From: Phaeosaccion multiseriatum
Lineage: Eukaryota > Protista > Ochrophyta, other classes
DNA length: 64,000 nucleotides
Assembly: GCA_965112735.1 (NCBI GenBank)
Contig: OZ218960.1
Location: 3,224,001 to 3,288,000, forward strand
Reading direction: 5' to 3'
Shown: piece after piece, positions 47,668-59,048 of the stretch
Numbering within the stretch: position 1 is the stretch's first letter
Layout: every line of letters begins with the position of its first letter
The notes under the pieces: generated by a model
Told to the model about the DNA's origin: nothing
The model's database searches: none
What the model saw: the letters and a program-made list of their open reading frames with translations, nothing else
Translations under genes and position numbers: made by a program

Positions 47668-50283
47668 TCTCTCTCTCGCCTTCTCTCTCTTTCACTCACA
47701 CGCCTTTCCCTCTCTCTCTCTCACTCACTCGCATTTCCCTCTCTCTCTCTCCTTTCCTCCACCCCTCTGACCTTCCTCCCGGCAGCGGTTCGAGGCGATG
47801 GCCGAGGGGGAGAGGGCATCACAATGATTCCGGAGGACGGAAACTATGACAGCACCCTTGTGTTCTTGCACGGGCTGGGCGATGATGCTTCGGGCTGGGC
47901 GGGGGCCATGGACAGCTTCAAGCTCGCTCGCACCAAGTTTGTGCTGCCCTCGGCCGAGGCGAGACCCATCACGCTCAACGGAGGTGAGGCAGGCACGCGT
48001 ATGGCAGGCACGCAGGCAGGCAGGAAGGGAGGGAGGGGTAGGCAAGCAGACAGAGTAGGATTGCACTGAATGTGCAGAGGAGGAGGGTTGTGCCGCACCG
48101 CTTAGCGATAAGCTGCACACTGCGGCAGAGGGACGACGCGAGAGTCGGGCATGTGGACATGCAGTAGTCAGTGCGGTAGTCAGTGCGGTAGTTATTGTGC
48201 TTCTTTCTCTCTCTGATCTTCCCACTCTGCTGCTTTCCCCCTTCACCTCGATCTCTCTTCGTCATCTTCACACGCACGCACGCACCCACCTCAAGGCATG
48301 ACGATGCCAGGTAAGTGGGGTGAACACTTGGGGTCGGTTAATTGGGTGCCCGAATGGCAATGGCTCCCGATGCGTCGATGGAGCTGGTGTCCGTGGGGAG
48401 GAGGGGGGGGGGCATAGCTGGTGCAAAAGTGGGGCCACGAGCCCCAAGGACCACTTGCAAGACGGGCTGCAAGACGGGTGCAAGGGTTAGGCTGAGGGTT
48501 GGCGGAGCGGGATGTTTTGGGGGCGAACAAGGGGAGTCGTATCCACTTTCTGCTTAGGGAGGGAGGCCGGGCGGGCGTGCGCGCGTGTGTGCGTGTGTGC
48601 ATGCGGGCGTGCGGGTGTGCCTCTCCTCGTGTGTGCTCCTCCACGCTTCTCGTGCCCCTCCGACCCTCCCTGATGCCTCCGAATGCCTCTCCTCTCCCTG
48701 TTCCTCCTCATGTCTCTCCATGTTCCTTTTTCGTATGCCTCCCCATATTCCTCCAGGCTGGACGGACATCTTCTCCCTCACCGGAGACGCTGAGGAGGAC
48801 AGGGCGGGCTTCCAGCAGGCTGCGGCACGCATCAATGTGAGGGGGGGAGGGGGGGAGGCGGAGGGAGGGAGAGAAGAAGGGAGGGAGGGAGATGCAGAGA
48901 CGGAGAGCGAGGGGGTGGGTTGGAGGGGGGCACAAGTCAGAGAAGGGTGGAGGACAGGGAGAGGGGCAAGAGTCTGCTCTCCCGTGTTCCCGCTTGCACA
49001 AGGAGCGACTGCCTCCCCTTCTCTCTCCCCTCCTTTCTCTCTTCTTTCTCACTCCTCTCTCCTCTCTCTGGCCCTCCGTGGATGGTTTCCAGAACGAAGG
49101 TTGATCCCCCCACCGCAAGTCTGAGTGCATGCCCCACTGCCACTGCCCATACGTATCCTTACGTATCATTCACGTCCGTGTTTGTGTTGCTTGTTGTGAT
49201 GCCCACCTCCATCCCCCTCCCTCTCTCTCTCTATCTTCTTCCTCCCCGTCCAGGACATCATCGATGCGGAGATCTCAGCAGGCATCAAGCCTGAGAAAGT
49301 TGCCCTTGGAGGCTTCTCACAGGGTGGGGGGCTCGCAGTGCACGTCACTCTCAGGAGGGCAACAAGGTCAGGAAGGAGGAAGGGGGGGGACTTGATCGGA
49401 GGTTGGGTGTGGGCAGGCTGGGAGGGGAGGGCGCTCTCGCTGATCTGTTAACCCTATCCCGTTCCATATGCCTCTACTGCTTCTCCGCCTTTATGCCTCT
49501 ATTTGGAATCTCCGGTGTGTGCCGGTGGGTCACAGGCTGGCGGCGTGTGTGGTGTGCTCGGGATGGCTCCCCTTGAGGGATGACTACCCGAAGGAGCTCA
49601 GCGAAGCCGCCAAGAGCACCCCCATCCTGCAGTGCCACGGGACGGTAAGCGCAAGTGTTGCTGTTGCCTCTTCTTCATTAAAATTAAGCAGAGAGGGAGG
49701 CAGGAGGGGAGGAGAGTCTTCTTTTATGCAGGACAAGCGCCTCTACTCTCCGTGCCTGCGTGCCTGCCCATATGCCTATACTCAAACTCTCTGCCCGTAT
49801 GCCTCTGTCTGTCCGTCGCAGGACGATGCCGTGGTGGGGTTCCATTTTGGCCAGCTTAGGTAAGTGTGACACGCTGACCGCAAAGGCCTTGCTCGGAACG
49901 ATCCTGTTGTTCCACTCTCGCGGTGTGTGTGTATATGTATTTTATCCCTCCTCTCTCTCCCTCTCTCTCCCTCTCTCTCTCTCAGGCTGTAACGCTTATC
50001 ATTTGGTCCCTCACGTCACCCTTCAGCCCCACTGCGAATTCGCTGCCCATACGCCCTCACCCCACCCCTTGCGTTGTGCCGTACCGCTGACACCTTTTGT
50101 CGTCGCCCCGTCCCCTGCCATCTCCATCCACTGCCATCCCATCCCCCACGCTTTAGCCACGCGGCCCTGAAGGACGACCTGGGGCTGAATGCGCGCTTCG
50201 AGCCGTTCCAGGGAATGGGCCACAGCGCCTGCGAGGAGGAGATGGCCCAAGTTTCCACCTTCCTCAACGCCCAACTCAAATAG
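47425..50283 (+). CDS. Acyl-protein thioesterase / lysophospholipase (LYPLA/APT family) with a bipartite presequence
   Basis: Exons 47425-47581, 47786-47983, 48296-48310, 48757-48836, 49254-49366, 49536-49644, 49822-49859, 50157-50283. Motifs HGLGD, NGGMTMPGW, GFSQGG, QCHGTDDAVV, GMGHS. Confidence 0.93.
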
Positions 50284-51325
50284 GGAGGGCAGTTGGTGAT
50301 ACAGTAGGAGACGGGAGACAGCTGCAGGCAGTGGGTGGAGGGTGCAGAAAGAGAGCCCTTTCTACGGGGGAGGACCGTTGTGGCAGCTACTCCAGACCCG
50401 TTCAACCCCTTGCTGGAAGCGAGGGAATCGATGCTGGACCTTCGAAGCTTATGACCACGCCCTTACTCAGTCAGTCAGGCTCTGTTGCTGAGCCCCTCCG
50501 AGTCACGGAGGGGAGGGCACTGGTGGAGGCTGCTGGGGGCACGACTTGTTCGGAGCGGCGCAGAGCAAGGAGTGGAAGGGGCACTACACCCGCCTCTCTA
50601 TCTCTCTATCGGTCAAGGCAGCGCGCTTCGCAGGAGTGTGGTGGCGCTTGCCGGGCGTTTGAGTGAGAGGGCCAACAACAAGTCGGGTAGGCAGAGGCGC
50701 TGAGTGTCAAGAGCGGTTGAAACTGCGGCGGAGTACAAGCGTGTGCTCTACGTACGCGAGGCTCTTCACCGCATGGGCTGTGCCTGGGTGGGAAAGTGCG
50801 TGACACTGCTGGGAGGATTACTTTGAGGCCCGGAGTTATTTATGCACGGCAAAAGGAGAGATGCCGTGGAATGGAAGGGTGTGGGGCTGTGCTGTGGTTG
50901 TGCTGTGTCAGGAAGGAAGGAAGGAAGGAAGGAAGGAAGGAAGGAAGGAAGGAAGCATAAGGGAAGCAGCTGCAGCTCGGCAGGGGACGGGAGGGGAGAG
51001 GCAATACAAGGGGTCGGGCATGCTCTGCCTAGGAGGGGCAAGGCAATACCAGGACGAGGACGAGGCAAGCGCCTAGGGCCCGGGGCGGGGCTCGAGACCA
51101 CCCCCGCGGGGGCTGCGTTCTGTCTCCGAGTTGTCTTATCTCTCTGTCTTATCAATCCTTCGTAGTACATACATGTTTGACAGGCATACATACATGATCA
51201 CATGCTTGACAGGCCGAGACGTCTCGCCCAGGCATCAAGAGGCAAGCCTTCAAATGTAAGGGTGTGTTGTGTGTGTGTGCGTGTGTGTGGTCTTACCCGC
51301 AGCACGCCCACTCACTCACACCCAC

Positions 51326-51714
51326 TCACACGGGCACTCGCATCGGCTCATGGCCATGTCCCTGCCCCTGCCCCTGTGAGCCCTCGCCCTCTGGCAATCC
51401 TTCGCTGGGTAGCACCAGCAGCGGTGCCTCCCCCCCCTCCCCCCCCTCCCCCCCCTTTGCCCTTTGAGCAGCGCAGTGCTCTCTGAAGTGTGTCTCAAAC
51501 TTGTCTCTCATGACGGCGTTGATGGCGTAGATCTCAGACCGCCGCCGAGCCTGAGCGGTAGTGCGGTAGTGCGGTAGTGCGTTAGTGCGTTAGTGCGCCC
51601 GTTAGCATGGGGGAGGGGCGTTGAGCGCTCACGAACTTGAGCGTCCGGCATGCACCACAGCAGAAAATGGAAGGAACACGTGTGGGATGCGGTACGGGTG
51701 CTCCCTCCCTCCCT

Positions 51715-51759
<45 letters not shown>

Positions 51760-54104
51760 CCTCCCTCCTCCCTCCTTCCATCCCTCCTCCCTCTCCTTCC
51801 CTCACCTTCTCTTGCGCATGTTTAGTGCGCTGATCCTTCACCTCTTTCCGTAGCTTGAGCGCCTCCATGCTCTCTCTCTGACACAACCTCAAAGCGGAAA
51901 CCTTGGCCGAATCCGCCCTCTCCTGCGCCTTCTCCCTCAGCTCCTCCAAACTCTCATCTGACAGCCTCTTCCGCTCCCTCTCCTGTATCACCAACTGCTC
52001 CGCCTCTTCCTTTTCCGCCTTCTGGCGCTTCTGAAACGCTGCAACACGCATCATCGCGCCCTTGCGGAAGCGGTCGATGGCCTCTGCAGAGCAAGTCGAA
52101 GTCGAGTTGTTCGAAGTCGATGTCGAGGTGTTCGACTTTGAGGATATCGAGTTGCTCGACTTGCCTCCCCCCCTGCTCGCGGGAGCGGGGGGAGCAGATG
52201 GAGACCTTCTCCTCTGCAGCTGCTGCTGCTTGCGACAAGGCCCGCCCTCAGCACCAGCTTTAGGTGATGCAGACACAGCAGCAACAGCAGCAGTAGCAGC
52301 AGCAGCAGCGCTGGTCCTGTCTGCAGAGGAGGCGCGTCGACGGGGGGCTCTGGCTCTGGCTGCGACTGCATCACCAACTTGCTTAGCCGTACTACCAGCT
52401 GCTCCGCTCGTTGAGGCCCGCCTGCGGAGAGCCACAGCGGTGTTCGTTGCTGCTGAGGCCCCCCTTGACCCATGCAATGCTGCTGCTCCTGTTCCTGCTA
52501 CTACATTATTCTTTGCGTTGTTGCCGCGCTTCTTGCCGCCGCCTTCCTTCGTAGCCTCGCCATTTGCTGCCATCCCACCGCAGCCTTCCTTGGGCTCGCC
52601 ACAAGCAGAAGGACCGGGAGAGGGCTTCCCTTCTGCGGAAGGAGAGGGGCAGGGCTCCCCCTCTGCCTCCGAGCAACAAGGCTTCTCCGCTGAAGCTGCG
52701 TCACCTTCCCGTCCTTGCTTGGCCCAAGCCCTAGCCGCAGCGGCGGTTGGTGATGCACCGGTTGGTGATACAGACACAGCAACAGGGGAGGCGGCAGTGC
52801 TGTGAGGAAGTGGCCTTGCGGAAGGAACGGGGTTTCGAATCCGCCCTGAGTCTCTCGCACTGCTTGGGGCAGGGCCGTCTTCAGTCCGCCGAATCTCGTC
52901 GCCGCTGCATGGGGAGGGCTCTACAGCCGCTGTATCACCAATTGCTGTACTACCACCAACTGCTGTGTCACCAACTCCTGTACCGCCATCTACTGTATCC
53001 CTTCTCTGGGGGGTCCATGCGCAGGCTCTCTCTCTGCGGACTGTGAGTGCACCGCCCTTCTGCCCATCCACTGCCATCCCCTCCTGTCCTTCCCGCAGTT
53101 TCAGTGCGCCCCCCCGCCGCCGTGCGTCCCCCCCGGATCCGGGCCCTCGAGGCCGCTGCTCCTCTCCCCCTTGGGGTTGGTCCCCGCCCACCCCTGCTAT
53201 GTGCCCCTGCCCGGCTACTACCCCTAAAGCCTTCCCCCTCCCCCTGCCGTGATGCCCAATCGCCGCCCCCTTCCCTTCCTCCCCCTGAGGCTTGGCGAGA
53301 AGCTCCACCCCCTCCCCTTTGCTCCTGAGGCGGTGGTGGCGGTGGCCGTGGCGGCTGTGGCCGTGGGGGCCGAGGCCGGGCAGGGCCTGCGTGACGTCAG
53401 CGCTGGCCTTGACCCACGCAGTGTTGCTGCTTTGGCTGAGAGCAGCACGCCCACGCGAAATTCTACACTTCCCCTCCTGCTCCTCCTGCCCCTCCTGCTC
53501 CTTCTCCTTGGCCTTCCCCTCTACCTCTTCCTCATCCTCCTCCTCCTCCTCCTCCTCCTCCTGCTCCTGCTCCTGCTCCTCCTCCTCCTCCTCCTCCTCC
53601 TCCTCCTCCTCCTCCTCCTTGTTCTTCTTCTTCTCCTTCTTCTTCTGCTCTTGTTCGTCCTCCCTCTTCTCTGCCTCTCCCCGTTTGTCCTCCTTCTCTG
53701 CAGGACTGCGCGCTGGCCCATGCAATACTGCTGCTACTGCTGCTTCTGTATCACCGACTGCTGCCCTTGGCCCCTGCAATACTACTGAAGCACCAACTGC
53801 TGACCCGAGTGCCGGCACCGCCCCCCCCCCTTCTTCCCGCCAGTCCTCTGCCCCCCCCCCTCGCCCCTTCCCCTTCGAAGGCGGCGATAAAGTTACGGAG
53901 GGTAATGCCCCCTTCTGAGCTTGCTCGTGAGAGTGCTTGTGCTTGTGGGAGTGGTCCTCTCTGTCCCTGTCTCTGTCCCTCCTGCTTGGTGGCGTGCGGA
54001 CGGCTCCGTTCGCTGGTCTCCATGCGTGCGCCGCTGGTGTCGCTTGGGACGGCTTTGGAGCCTTCGGAGCGATGGTCGCTGTCCTCGTCGCTGCTGTATC
54101 CCCA

Positions 54105-54145
<41 letters not shown>

Positions 54146-54984
54146 TGCCTTACTCCCCCCTTTCGAAGAGACAGAGACAGTGCCGCTGCTCCACGCCAAG
54201 AGCGGAGTCGGCCCCTGCCTGTCACTCTGCGGCAAGGGCAAGGTCAAGGGTAAGGGCAGGGCGGCACGGGGGACCGACTCCGCCCTCAACGGCTCGCTCG
54301 CACCACGCAAGGGCTTCGCTGCTGATGCTGGTGCTGAAGCTGGTGCCCAAGCTGGTGCTGAAGCTGCTGCTGCGGGTGCTGGTGATGCTGCTGCTGGTGC
54401 TGCAGCTGCGGATGCTGCTGCTGCGGATGCTGCTGTTGCTGCGACTTCTGCTCGTATCCGAAGGGCCTGTATGCCTACTGCTCCTGCCACCCCTACTCCC
54501 CCCTTTACTATTGCTGGTGCTGCTGCGACGGCTGTGGAACTTCCTCCCGCCTCGGGTGAAGGAGGAGCTGTCGCTTGCCAGTGCGCACTCCGCTCTTCTC
54601 TCCATCGGAGGCGGTTGCTGCTGTAGCGCTTGGCGGGAGGGATATGCGCAAGTTTCCTTTGTGCAGGAAGGCACAGCGAAGCGGCAGAGCGCGGGATCAG
54701 AACGAGACATGCAATTAGAACCAGATGTCGCAGAAGGAGAGAGGAGAGAGGGGAGAGAGGGACGGAGAAAGAGGGAGGGAGCAGGGAGAAGAGGAGAGGC
54801 AGAGGGGGCGGGATAAGAGATAAAGAGACAGAGAGAGAGAGAGAAAATGATCCGCAACTCACTTTGTCGGCGGTGACCACAAGGCGCCACCCGCCAAGTT
54901 GTTGACCGACACCTTTCGGCTTCCGACGATGCATAGCTGGGAAAGCACTTGCACCTGGGCTTGCTGCTGCTGCGAGACTCCCAT
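51326..54984 (-). CDS. Large disordered / coiled-coil protein (~1,070 aa) with a C-terminal SVBP (CCDC23)-like helix
   Basis: Phase-compatible exons 54984-54863, 54656-51806, 51550-51326. The last exon encodes ARRRSEIYAINAVMRDKFETHFREHC. Confidence 0.75.
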
Positions 54985-55691
54985 CGAGGGAGCCATCCTA
55001 TAGGAAAAGCCCCTCAGCTATCGTCTACCCAGCCACCCACACCCCATTCCCCCCTTCCCCCACTTTCCTCATCTTCCCATTTTTATGAAACTGTAAGATG
55101 GTTTTTTTTCTTCTTTCCAGCGACGCCGTGCGGGCCAACGCGACCGGAGAGGAAGAGGTGTATTGCTGATATGACTTGCGGTGCTTTCTCTCGGTGCGAA
55201 GGGATGACCCAGAGCAAGCAGCCCAAGGGGAACAGATTCAGTGTCAAGTGCCAGTTTGCCAGATCCCTGGGGGGTGCGTCCTCTCGATGGCAGTCCAAAC
55301 GCCCCAGGGATGGCAGTCGCTGTTTTGAGCTGATATATCTCACGCAAACAAAGCACCCCGTCGCATACTGTAGTGACTTCTTGAGGCCAGGAGGGAGTGA
55401 ATCGGGTGCATCAGCTTTTGGGAGAGGAGCGTGGTGGGGAGCTTGCTTTTGTTTCTGTTCGCTAAGATATCCTCAAGGCCTCTCTACAGGGGAGAGGACA
55501 GGGAGAAGGGGGTTAGGGGCTGGGGGGAGAAGCAAGCACTTCACTGGGCGGCACTGCTGGGTAGAAGGGAAGGCTTGGTGGTCAGGAGATAAGGGGCGGC
55601 GTAAGTTTTCCCTGCGGCTGGAGAGGCACTCATCATCGAAGGAGAGGATTACCTTACCAAACGGCGGCAACCAGGACTCGCGGCGACGGTC

Positions 55692-58031
55692 ATGAGCGCC
55701 AAAGCAGCAGGACCAGCAGCTCCGGCGACGCAAGCTGCAGCCCCTGCCGCAGTGTCGGGGCCAGCAGCGGCGTCAGCTGCAGCAGGACCGGCTGCCGCAG
55801 AAAGAGCACCAACTGCGGAGACAGGCCCGACACCCGCGATGGCGATCTTGCCAAGGGGGTCTCTATTGGCTCCACGAGGAGCGCCAGCATTAAAGCCGCC
55901 GACAGCGGCCCCAGTAGGAGTACCGAAAGCACCACCAGCAGCAGCGCCCGCAGCAGCTTCGAAAACACCAGCAGCAGCAGCACCAGCAGCAGCAGCAGTT
56001 TCGAAAGGACCAGCAGCAGCACCAGCAGCAGCAGCAGCAACAGCAGCGCCAGCAACAGTTTCGAAAGGACCAGCAGTGCCAGCGCCAGCAGCGGCTTCGA
56101 AAGCACCAGCAGCAGCATCAGCAGCGCCTTCAGTTGTTTCTAAAGCTCCACCAGCAGTGTCCAAAGTACCAGCAGCTCCAGTGGCAGCGCCAGGAGCAGT
56201 CGCGAAAGCACCAGTAGCGGCAGTATCCAAGGCGCCATCAGCAGCGCCAGCGGCAGTATTGCCGAGCATCGGCTCCGCAAAAGCACCGGCGGGGCCATCA
56301 GCAGCGCCAGCGGCGGTGCTGCCGAGCCTCGGCTCCGCAAAAACACCGGCGGGACCAGCAGCAGCAGCGGCAGCAGCATCCAAAGGGCCAGGACCAGCAG
56401 GAGGAGGAGCGCCAGCTGCGTCCGCAACTTCAACGCAGGGACCAGCCGTGTCTCTGCCGGGATCAGCAGCGTCAGTAGCGACATCAGTAGCATCAGCAGC
56501 CGCCGCCGCCGCAGCCGCCGCGTCAGCCGCAGAAGCAGCAGCAGCAGTGGCGGCATCGTCAAGCACCCCCGCTCTCGGCCTCGGAAGGAGGGGCGGTGTG
56601 GACCCTGCCCGACCTCGTAAGCGCGCTCTGTGCACGATAGAGGGCTGCAAGAAGATGGCGCAGCGCAACAAGGTGTGCATCTCGCACGGGGCCACTCGCC
56701 GGTTCTGCGACCATGAAGGCTGTCAGAAGTGGGCCATCCAGGCAGGTGTGTGTATCAAGCACGGGGCCGTCGTCAAGAAGTGCGGGACCAAGGGCTGCGG
56801 CAACCAGGCTTTCCAGGGGGGCGTCTGCATCCGCCACGGGGCAAAGGTGACTCGCAACAGACCCACGTGCCCGATAGACCAGTGTGGCAAGTACGCCCAG
56901 TCGGGCATGAACGGCATGTGCAAGCGGCACGCGCGCATTGAGAAGAGCAAGGCGGGGGGCGGGGCTGTAGCAGGTGCAGTGGGGGCAGTGGGAGCAGCGG
57001 GGGCAGCGACCGCAGCGGGGGAGCAGAGCAACCCCAACGCGACGCCAGGGCAGCAGGGGCCGCAGCAGCAGTTGGTGGTACAGCAGGGGCACCAGTTGGG
57101 GGTGCAGCCGCAGCAGGGCGCAGCAGACAAGAGGCCAGGACAAGCTCCCGGGCAAGGCCCACCCTTGAGCGGCGGCCCCGCGAAGCTCGCGAATGGCATC
57201 CCCGGCATCGGTGGCATGGGTGGTAGCAGCGGGGCCGGAGCTCCGGCCAAGAAGCTGCCCGGGGGGGCGGCAGCGGCTCTCCCCAAGGGTGTGGCCCGCT
57301 CCTTCCCCGGCCCCTCCGCGCCCAACCCCACCGCCCGAGCGACAGTGCAGGTGGCCCGTGCTGCTGCCAGCGCTGCCGCCGCCGCCGCCGCCGCGTCTGC
57401 CGCCGCCCTGTCTGCCGAGAGCCTCAACGGCCCTCCTCGAGCGAAGCGCAGCAAGTTCTCGCACCCGCCGCCTCCCCCTCACAAGGCCAACAAGGCGCTG
57501 CAGTCGCAAGCCATGAGTCGCAACATGGACCTCAGTGCCGCCGCCACGGCTGCTGCCGCCGCCGTTGCGGCCTCTGCGGCGTCCAGTGCCATCTACACCC
57601 CGGCCGCCGCCGCCGCGAGGGACGAGAGCGCTGCCCTCCTGGCCGCTTCTGGTGGTGGTGTCGGGGCTGCTGTGGGTGCGGGTGCGGGTGCCGCTCGGCC
57701 GGAGCTCAGTGCTGCTGCTCCTGCCGCAGCCAAGGCTATGACAAACCCCGCTCCCCCTGCCGCAGCCAAGGCTATTACAAGCCCCGCTCCCCCTGCCGCA
57801 GCCCCTGCCCCCTCCACCACCACCTCTGCCCCTACCGCGGCGGAGGGTGCGGACAAGGACAAGGCCGCAAGTGGCGCGAAAGCCCCCACTGCCCCGAGCC
57901 CGGCGCTGCCGTCGCTTCTCGGTCTTTCCGCCGCTACCACTGCTGCTGCTGAAGGACCGGAGAAGACCGCTGCTGCCAGTGGTGCTTCCAATGCCACCGC
58001 CGCCGCAACTGCCGAGGGGGGGGCGAAATAA
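55692..58031 (+). CDS. Ala/Pro-rich protein with 4 WRKY19-like Cys/His (C-x4-C..C-x2-HG) zinc-finger repeats; putative DNA-binding factor
   Basis: Single 779-aa ORF with CTIEGCKK..VCISHG, CDHEGCQK..VCIKHG, CGTKGC..VCIRHG, CPIDQC..MCKRH and a PRKR NLS-like motif. Confidence 0.85.
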   Translation: MSAKAAGPAAPATQAAAPAAVSGPAAASAAAGPAAAERAPTAETGPTPAMAILPRGSLLAPRGAPALKPPTAAPVGVPKAPPAAAPAAASKTPAAAAPAAAAVSKGPAAAPAAAAATAAPATVSKGPAVPAPAAASKAPAAASAAPSVVSKAPPAVSKVPAAPVAAPGAVAKAPVAAVSKAPSAAPAAVLPSIGSAKAPAGPSAAPAAVLPSLGSAKTPAGPAAAAAAASKGPGPAGGGAPAASATSTQGPAVSLPGSAASVATSVASAAAAAAAAASAAEAAAAVAASSSTPALGLGRRGGVDPARPRKRALCTIEGCKKMAQRNKVCISHGATRRFCDHEGCQKWAIQAGVCIKHGAVVKKCGTKGCGNQAFQGGVCIRHGAKVTRNRPTCPIDQCGKYAQSGMNGMCKRHARIEKSKAGGGAVAGAVGAVGAAGAATAAGEQSNPNATPGQQGPQQQLVVQQGHQLGVQPQQGAADKRPGQAPGQGPPLSGGPAKLANGIPGIGGMGGSSGAGAPAKKLPGGAAAALPKGVARSFPGPSAPNPTARATVQVARAAASAAAAAAAASAAALSAESLNGPPRAKRSKFSHPPPPPHKANKALQSQAMSRNMDLSAAATAAAAAVAASAASSAIYTPAAAAARDESAALLAASGGGVGAAVGAGAGAARPELSAAAPAAAKAMTNPAPPAAAKAITSPAPPAAAPAPSTTTSAPTAAEGADKDKAASGAKAPTAPSPALPSLLGLSAATTAAAEGPEKTAAASGASNATAAATAEGGAK

Positions 58032-58766
58032 GTCAATAGGCGAGACCCGAGGGGGGGGGGAAGAGGGAGGAGAGACTGAGGGGGGAGGGGGGGGGGGGGG
58101 GCATCGGCTGAGCGCACGCCTCTGTGTGGGTGAGAGAGATAAGGGCCTGAAAGGAAAGAATGCATCGACTGAGATGAGGGCTCCACAGGGGGAGGAGAGG
58201 GAGGAGCGGAGCGTCGGATGCGGCGGAGTATGTGAAGGGGGGAGGGAGTGGATGGAGCGGACATCTGAGCGGGATAAATGAAGTTATAGAGCTACAGCGA
58301 GGGGGGGGAGGGGGAGTGCAGCAGTATGTGGGGAACGGTGACGAGAGTCATGAGGGTGAAACAGTGCAATGAGGCCCAATGAGGGGACCCAACGACGGGA
58401 CCCAGAGCTACCGGGGAGGGCGAGAGGGGTCGTTGCTGGAGAGGGCTGGAGTATTTACGATCGCTTGGACGGTAATGGATGATAATGTAACACTTCGAAG
58501 TATATAAATATATTGCAATGGCACGGCACTGCAGTACTCGGTTCGGTCTACGGTCTACTCTATGCCACTAAGGCATGCCACACGGCCATTGTAAGCCGCG
58601 CCCTCCAAGCTTGCACTTCACTTCACTGCAGTCCAATTCAATAGGCCTTAACCAATATCGATGCCACGCCCTCTTAAGCCGACATTTACATCATGAATAA
58701 GATATTCATATATGTGAGACCACACCGTAACATGTGCTGCCATCTGTTGCGAGTGGGTGTGGCCCA

Positions 58767-59015
58767 CTAATAGTAGGAGGAGGCAGACAAGGGCCTGACC
58801 ATTGGCGGCGGCGGCTGCTGCTGCTGTATCACCAACTGCTCCGGCTGCTGCCGCTCTGAAGTCTCTGCTGCGATCGTTTGCCGGAAAGAGACGACACGGG
58901 GGGAGTCCGAGTCGGGACAGTCGGGGTGGTAAAAAAACGACCTCTCACTCCTGCCTTCGCTCTCTTCGCTTCTCTCGAGCGTTGCCGCCCTTGATCCACC
59001 TCCTCCTCCTGTTGC

Positions 59016-59048
<33 letters not shown>

